This document shows positions 56,901 through 64,000 of a stretch of DNA of 64,000 nucleotides, in pieces. The notes below the pieces were generated by a model that was not told the origin of the DNA, ran no database searches, and saw only the letters and a program-made list of their open reading frames with translations. The DNA is taken from NCBI GenBank assembly GCA_964016885.1, contig OZ024757.1:14632001-14696000 (forward strand), written 5' to 3'. The DNA is from Eledone cirrhosa (Eukaryota). Numbering within the stretch: the first letter of the stretch is position 1; every line of letters starts with the position of its first letter. Both the position numbers and the translations under genes were made by a program.

Positions 56901-59150
56901 AAAGTCTCTTGTTCAAGGACACAGTGGACTGGAACAACGTGAAATAAAGTGTCTTGCTCAAGGACACAGTGGACTGGAGCACCGTGAAATAAAGTGTCTT
57001 GCTCAAGGACACAGTGGACTGGAGCACCGTGAAATAAAGTGTCTTTCTCAAGGACACAGTGGATTGGAGCAACGTGAAATAAAGTGTCTTGTTCAAGGAC
57101 TCAGTGGATTGGAGCAACGTGAAATAAAGTGTCTTGCTCAAGGACACAGTGGACTGGAACAACGTGAAATAAAGTGTCTTGCTCAAGGACGCAGTGGACT
57201 GGAGCAACGTGAAAAAGTGTCTTGCTCAAGGACACAGTGGACTGGAGCAATGTGAAATAAAGTGTCTTGCTCAAGGACACAGTGGACTGGAGCACCGTGA
57301 AATAAAGTGTCTTGCTCAAGGACACAGTGGACTGGAGCACCGTGAAATAAAGTGTCTTTCTCAAGGACACAGTGGATTGGAGCAACGTGAAATAAAGTGT
57401 CTTGTTCAAGGACACAGTGGACTGGAGCAACGTGAAATAAAGTGTCTTGCTCAAGGACACAGTGGACTGGAGCACCGTGAAATAAAGTGTCTTTCTCAAG
57501 GACACAGTGGACTGGAGCACCGTGAAATAAAGTGTCTTGTTCAAGGACACAGTGGATTGGAGCAACGTGAAATAAAGTGTCTTGCTCAAGGACACAGTGG
57601 ACTGGAGCACCGTGAAATAAAGTGTCTTTCTCAAGGACACAGTGAATTGGAGCAACGTGAAATAAAGTGTCTTGTTCAAGGACACAGTGGATTGGAGCAA
57701 CGTGAAATAAAGTGTCTTGCTCAAGGACACAGTGGACTGGAACAACGTGAAATAAAGTGTCTTGCTCAAGGACACAGTGGACTGGAGCAACGTGAAAAAG
57801 TGTCTTGATCAAGGACACAGTGGACTGGAGCACCGTGAAATAAAGTGTCTTGCTCAAGGACACAGTGGATTGGAGCAACGTGAAATAAAGTCTCTTGCTC
57901 AAGGACACAGTGGACTGGAGCACCGTGAAATAAAGTGTCTTGCTCAAGGACACAGTGGACTGGAGCAACGTGAAATAAAGTCTCTTGCTCAAGGACACAG
58001 TGGATTGGAGCAGCGTGAAATAAAGTCTCTTGTTCAAGGACACAGTGGACTGGAACAACGTGAAATAAAGTGTCTTGCTCAAGGACACAGTGGACTGGAG
58101 CACCGTGAAATAAAGTGTCTTGCTCAAGGACACAGTGGACTGGAGCACCGTGAAATAAAGTGTCTTGCTCAAGGACACAGTGGACTGGAGCAACGTGAAA
58201 TAAAGTGTCTTGCTCAAGGACACAGTGGACTGGAGCACCGTGAAATAAAGTGTCTTGATCAAGGACGCAATGGACTGGAGCAACGTGAAATAAAGTGTCT
58301 TGTTCAAGGACACAGTGGACTGGAACAACGTGAAATAAAGTGTCTTGCTCAAGGACACAGTGGACTGGAGCAACGTGAAAAAGTGTCTTGATCAAGGACA
58401 CAGTGGACTGGAGCACCGTGAAATAAAGTGTCTTGCTCAAGGACACAGTGGACTGGAGCACCGTGAAATAAAGTCTCTTGTTCAAGGACACAGTGGACTG
58501 GAGCAACGTGAAATAAAGTGTCTTGCTCAAGGACACAGTGGACTGGAACAACGTGAAATAAAGTGTCTTGCTCAAGGACACAGTGGACTGGAGCAACGTG
58601 AAAAAGTGTCTTGCTCAAGGACACAGTGGACTGGAGCAACGTGAAATAAAGTCTCTTGCTCAAGGTCACAGTGGACTGGAGCAACGTGAAATAAAGTGTC
58701 TTGCTCAAGGACACAGTGGACTGGAACAACGTGAAATAAAGTGTCTTGCTTAAGGACACAGTGGACTGGAGCAACGTGAAAAAGTGTCTTGCTCAAGGAC
58801 ACAGTGGACTGGAGCACCGTGAAATAAAGTCTCTTGTTCAAGGACACAGTGGACTGGAGCACCGTGAAATAAAGTGTCTTGCTCAAGGTCACAGTGGACT
58901 GGAGCAACGTGAAATAAAGTGTCTTGCTCAAGGACACAGTGGAGTGGAGCAATGTGAAATAAAGTGTCTTCCTCAAGGACACAGTGGACTGGAGCAACGT
59001 GAAATAAAGTGTCTTGCTCAAGGACACAGTGGACTGGAGCAACGTGAAATAAAGTGTCTTGCTCAAGGACACAGCGAACCATCGGGCATCGAGCTCATGA
59101 CCTTACGACCGTCAGCCGAATTCACTAACCCCAAAGCCACTCACTTTCAC
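53995..59150 (-). mobile_element. Single SINE (S2-related) expanded by an internal tandem array
   Basis: tRNA-like head at 59075-59150 and 3' body at 53995-54195; the array between them is the SINE core. Confidence 0.75.
54196..59074. repeat. 45-bp minisatellite, about 108-110 copies
   Basis: gtggactggagcaacgtgaaataaagtgtcttgctcaaggacaca, with recurring 43-bp variants. Confidence 0.97.
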
Positions 59151-59159
59151 ATATACAAA

Positions 59160-59860
59160 ATGGTTTCTGATTTAAGCACAAGGCCAGCAATTTTTTTTTT
59201 TGGGGGGGGTAAAGTGGATTAAATCTACCTAGTGCATCACAAGTACTTTATTTTATCGAGCCATCGTCAGGGATTTGAACTCAGAACGTAAAGGGCCGAA
59301 ACTCCATGTTGTAAATCATGTTGTCCGGCACTCTACCGATTCTGCTAAACATTTTGTGTCACCTTTTGTAGCCAACTTCGGCGGGATTTGAACTCAGAGC
59401 GTAAAGGGCCGAAACTCTGTGCTGTAAATCATGTTGTCCGACGCTCTACCGATTCAGCCAATTCCAGGATCTAATATAACTGTTTCTAATGTTGGCACAT
59501 GGTCAGCAATTACTCCAGTGTATTACTGGTACCTTATTTTATCGACCCCGTAAGGATGAAAGGCAAAGTTAACCTCGGCTGGACTTGAACTCAGACCATA
59601 AAGGGCCGTAACTCTTTGCTGCAAAGCATGGCGTCCGATCCTCTACCGATACTGCCAATCCTCGTGTAATATAACTGTTTCTACTTTTGGCACAAGGCCA
59701 GCAATTATTTCAGTGCATTACTGGTACTTTATTTTATCGACTCCGTAAGGATGAAAGAAAAAGTTAACCTCGGCGGGATTCGAACTCAGACCATAAAGAG
59801 CCGTAACTCTTTGCTGCAAAGCATGGCGTCAGACCCTCTACTGATACTGCCAATCCACCA
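59160..59860 (-). mobile_element. Cluster of about 4 head-to-tail S1-type SINEs
   Basis: Repeated gatttgaactcaga and ctctaccgatactgccaat. Confidence 0.8.
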
Positions 59861-60409
59861 ATGAAAAGTAAAGAGGACAGGGAAAACAAAAGCTAAATCT
59901 ACTTAGATAAGATTTGAACTGCAGCTCAGGGCAGATAAGAAGATATAGTTTTAAATAGTAGTCGCACTATAAAGATCCTTCATCGTCTTTAATGCCTACC
60001 TACCACAAAAGAACGAGTATCAAGTAGCAGATATCGATACGAGACCAGATATGATGATTAATTGCGATATAATCGCGTGTCTGCAACATAGACCAACAAC
60101 ACTGGATGTCTTCTGTCACAACCCAGTAATGTAGTCATGACGAGGCTAGTAAAGACCATCTCTAAAAAACGCCTAGTCTTCGCGGCTCTGAGAAAACTAT
60201 CAGATTGTTGAGTGGTGTGAATAAGAACAACATTTCTGCAACACAATCAATCATACCGCATCGTCCTTCGTGCGGGTTAACAGGGGACGTTGATAGATCT
60301 TAGATAGATGGGGCTGTTCGAAAAATATAATGTAGTTTTCATCTCATGCTGTAAAAACTGGCGATGGGCCTGTGATCTGTCCTGAGAGGCGTGGGATGGC
60401 TGCACAAAG

Positions 60410-60840
60410 ATTGCGTATTATGAGACCCCGAAGAGGGACCGGAAAGGAACAAATCACTACCCTTAAAAGTAAGGAGCAGGAACGAGTGGAGAAGGCTAGA
60501 TGCTACCGGCTAGATATAATCGGGATTTCCTCAACAAAGTACCGTGGTCTGGAATTGTAGATTTTGTTGGAGGATTGAAACTCCACTATTCAGGTGTGGC
60601 GCCAGAAATGTCTGCACTGGAGGGAGTGGGGATACTCACAAGTCCCCAGGTATGAGAATGAGTTATAGACTGGACCCAATTAAGAGGAAGGATTTGCCTC
60701 TTGAAGCTTAGGTTGAGAGAACGGTCTCTGCAGGTGGTGCAAGTTTGAATACAGATCCTTCATTGATCAAGTCACTGCAGCGTTAGATCTAGTTAAGACT
60801 GCTAATGGGGAACTTCAATGTACATGTTCGCACTGACGTC
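60410..60840 (+). pseudogene. Degenerate RTE LINE endonuclease fragment
   Basis: ITTLKSKEQERVEKARCYRLDIIGISSTKYRG.../KLHYSGV...GVGILTSP.../LLMGNFNVHV with stops and frameshifts. Confidence 0.65.
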
Positions 60841-60949
60841 CTGGGAGTATTACGTGGCCGTGAGGTAGGGCAGAGGCCCGAAACGTTTGAGAGCCTCTTG
60901 CTTAAAACATTCCTGGCGTATTATACATAAACGGTGGTTTATTATACAT

Positions 60950-61465
60950 AAAGGGCAGTATTGGTAGAGGGTCGCAGCATAGAGTTATGACTCTTTACGT
61001 TCCCAGTTCGAGAGTTCCGCCGGGGATAGTTAGATTAGTTTTGCCTTTCATCCTTATGGAGGTCAATAAAATAAAGTACCTGTAATGCACTGGTGTTGAT
61101 TTCATCGACTTTCCCCTTCCCCCAAAGATTGCTGGCCTTGTGCCTAAATCAGAAACGATTATATTACATCCTGGATTTGGCAGAATCGGTAGAGCGTAGG
61201 ACAACATGATTTACAGCATAGAGTTTCGGCCATTTACGTTCTTAGTTCAAATCCCTGCCGAGGTTAGTTTTGCCTTTCATCCTTACGGGGTCGATGAAAC
61301 AAAGTACCAGTAATACAATGGGGGTAATTGCTGGCCTTAGGTGAAAAGTTGAAACAATTATATATATGTTAAGTGGATTGGCAGTATCGGCAGAGCATCA
61401 AACACACCATGCTTTGTAGTATAGAGTCGTGGCTATACTATACATTCTTTGAGTTCAAATCCCTT
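60950..61465 (+). mobile_element. Cluster of S1-type SINEs
   Basis: Three head or core matches. Confidence 0.75.
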
Positions 61466-61734
61466 CACATCACAAGTCTAAACACCTAAAGATGCATGTG
61501 TGTGTATGTATGTTCTTTCTTGAACATGGCGGACCTTGTCCCTTGAGGTCATTGGTTGTGACTTGCTGATAACCCGTATGAACATAAAGCAAGATAAATG
61601 CAAATAATAATGATTTCTTTATTAACCACAAGGGTTTACATAAAGTAGACATTAAGGACAGTGCAGGACAATACAGGACGGTACAAATGGGCATTTCTGC
61701 GTTTAAAAAACAAAAACAGAGGGTGTAACAATAA

Positions 61735-62392
61735 ATAATTGTTTCTACTTTTGTCACAAGGCCAGCAATTATCCAGTACATTACTGGTACTTTATTTTAT
61801 CGACCCCATAAGGATGAAAAGCAAAGTCAACCTCGGCGGGATTTGAACTCAGACCAATAATAATAATTGTTTCTACTTTAGGCACAAGGCCAGCAATTAT
61901 CCCAGTACATTACTGGTACTTTATTTTATCGACCCCGTAAGGATGAAAGGCAAAGTTAACCTCGGCGGGATTTGAACTCAGACCAATAATAATAATTGTT
62001 TCTACTTTAGGCACAAGGCCAGCAATTATTTCAGTACATTACTGGTACTTTATTTTATCGACCCCGTATGGATGAAAAGCAAAGTCAACCTCGGCGGGAT
62101 TTGAACTCAGACCAATAATAATAATTGTTTCTACTTTAGGCACAAGGCCAGCAATTATCCCAGTACATTACTGGTACTTTATTTTATCGACCCCGTAAGG
62201 ATGAAAAGCAAAGTTAACCTCGGCGGGATTTGAACTCAGACCGTAAAGGGACGTAACTATACTGGAAAGCATGGCGTCCGACTCTCTACCGATACTGCCA
62301 ATCCACAGACCAATAATAATAATAATTGTTTCTACTTTGGCACAAGGCCAGCAATTATTTCAGTACATTACTGGTACTTTATTTTATCGACC
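61735..62392 (-). repeat. Tandem array of the S1 SINE body (~130-bp unit, 4-5 copies)
   Basis: aataattgtttctactt...gaactcagacc repeated; only one copy retains the head. Confidence 0.85.
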
Positions 62393-62431
62393 AATAATAA
62401 TAATAATAATAATAAGAAGAAGAAGATTACA

Positions 62432-62615
62432 TGGATTGGCAGTATCGGTAGAGGGTCGGACACCATGCTTTGATGCATAGAGTTACCTCCCTTTATGATC
62501 TGAGTTCAAATCCCGTCGAGGTTAACTTTGTCTTTCATCCTTACAGGGTCGATAAAGTAAAGTACCAGTAATACACTGAGATAATTGCTGGCCTTGTGCC
62601 AAAAGTAGAAACAAT
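62432..62615 (+). mobile_element. SINE S1, full length
   Basis: Matches 6316-6502. Confidence 0.85.
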
Positions 62616-62898
62616 TATATATATTACATACTAGGGCGAAAGAATACCAGGAAGAAAGAATATTTTATTTGTTCGGCTATAATTGAAACTCGAGATAAAA
62701 TATATTTGACAATCTAGGAAGTAAATTTGATTGGCCAGTAGAAATAATTACATCTGTTTGTATGGCGGAGTGAAGGAGGATGGTTGTTTTGTTACTAAAA
62801 CATCCCGTGTTTGATCTTATTGGGAGACATCATAGACAAAGGTCATCTGTCCTAACATTTGGCAGAATCGGTAGAGCGTCGGACAACATGATTTACAG

Positions 62899-63597
62899 CA
62901 CAGGTTCTCAACCCATTTAAGCCAAACGCCCTCTTTTGTCCCTCGAAATCACGAAACGCCCCCCCCCCCCTATTTTTCCATTTTTCAATATACTACTGAT
63001 TTTTATATCAGTAGATTACTAAAAAATTGATTAACAATATTCCAAAGATGTGTGTATTATCTGATTATGTGTTGTATGTGGTCCTAGATGTGTGTGCTAC
63101 TCGCTTCTGTTTTTTCTTTTCTTCTTTTTTTATTTGTAATATTATTTATACAATAGGGAATAAAATAGATCTACATAGTGTTAACTCGTTGCGGTTGAGT
63201 CAATAATTTCAGACATGAAATACATTGTTATCGGCGAAGGAAAAATAAGATTCTAACTGGCTCAAAGTGTCTTTGACTCAGTTGACTGTGGATTTTTCCA
63301 TTTTTAGGATCTCAATTACCGGTTAACGTCTCAATTATCGGACATGCCTGCACACCTGCTCACAGCTGCGGTCAGACTATAGTTATGCTGTCTGCAAGCT
63401 CATTCAAATACATTCACACTGGCTGTCTCAAAGACATACAAATATGGCTTATAAAACTTACCAAAATAAAGAGCCTTCCAGCACCCCATAACCCAGCTCC
63501 AAACGCACCCTAACGCGACCTTGCTCCCAAACGCCCCCCTGGAGTTCGAAACGCCCCCCCCCCCGGGGGTGCATATGCCCCCCGTTGAGAACCTTTG
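62899..63597. mobile_element. Non-autonomous hAT element with 8-bp TSD, inserted in a SINE
   Basis: TIR ca(c/a)aggttctcaac / gttgagaacctttg; TSD atttacag at 62891-62898 and 63598-63605. Confidence 0.85.
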
Positions 63598-63686
63598 ATT
63601 TACAGCATAGTGTTATGGTCCTTTACGTTTTGAGTTCAAATCTTTCCGTGGTTTTGCCTTTCATCGATGGTTTATTATACATAAAG

Positions 63687-64000
63687 GGCGGTGGATTGAC
63701 AGTATTGGTAAAGGGTCGCAGCGTAGAGTTATGGCCCTTTACGGTTTGAGTACGTGTCCCGCCGAGGATAGTTAGTTAGGTTAGTTTTGCCTGTCATCCG
63801 TACGGGGTTCGATAAAGTAATGTACTGGAGTTGATTTCATCAATCCCCCCCCCCCCCCCCAAAAAAAAAAGATTGCTAGCCTTGTGCCTATATTAGAAAC
63901 CATTATATTACATCCTATGAATGGCGGTGGATTGGCAGTATCGGTAGAGGGTCGGACGCCATGCTTTCCAGCATAGTTACGTCCCTTTACGATCTGAGTT
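63687..64000 (+). mobile_element. Two S1-type SINEs (second runs off the window)
   Basis: ggcggtggattg(a/g)cagtat heads at 63687 and 63923. Confidence 0.8.

Noticed and set aside
54055-59222. Repetitive ORFs (LQSTVSLSKTLYFT) or a CRISPR-like array
   Set aside because: Pure tandem 45-bp units without unique spacers, derived from a SINE core, in a eukaryotic context

Overview
Eukaryotic (animal) DNA that is extremely repeat-rich. The SINE families, the (TA)n/(CATA)n/(GGT)n density and the LINE repertoire point to an octopod cephalopod; this is inference from pattern recognition, not a search. Almost all ORF-track entries are microsatellite or minisatellite artefacts. Supported content: one nearly full ORF2 of a dead L1/Tx1-type LINE (APE endonuclease + RT); fragments of RTE-, CRE-, R4/Dong- and CR1/L2-like LINEs; about 25 copies of two tRNA-derived SINE families; several MITEs (mariner-, pogo/Tigger- and hAT-type); and two phase-compatible coding exons of an unidentified minus-strand host gene. 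Most interesting: (1) several unrelated short fold-back elements embedded in (TA)n tracts that carry minimal hammerhead-ribozyme motifs, resembling Penelope-like pLTR remnants or retrozymes; (2) repeated, independent birth of minisatellites from internal pieces of retroelements, including a ~4.9 kb 45-bp array inside one SINE and a nested SINE > satellite > LINE stack; (3) a perfect polypyrimidine-AG|GTAAGT motif that is either a recursive splice site or a first-exon donor. Coordinates were read by eye, so repeat boundaries are approximate.
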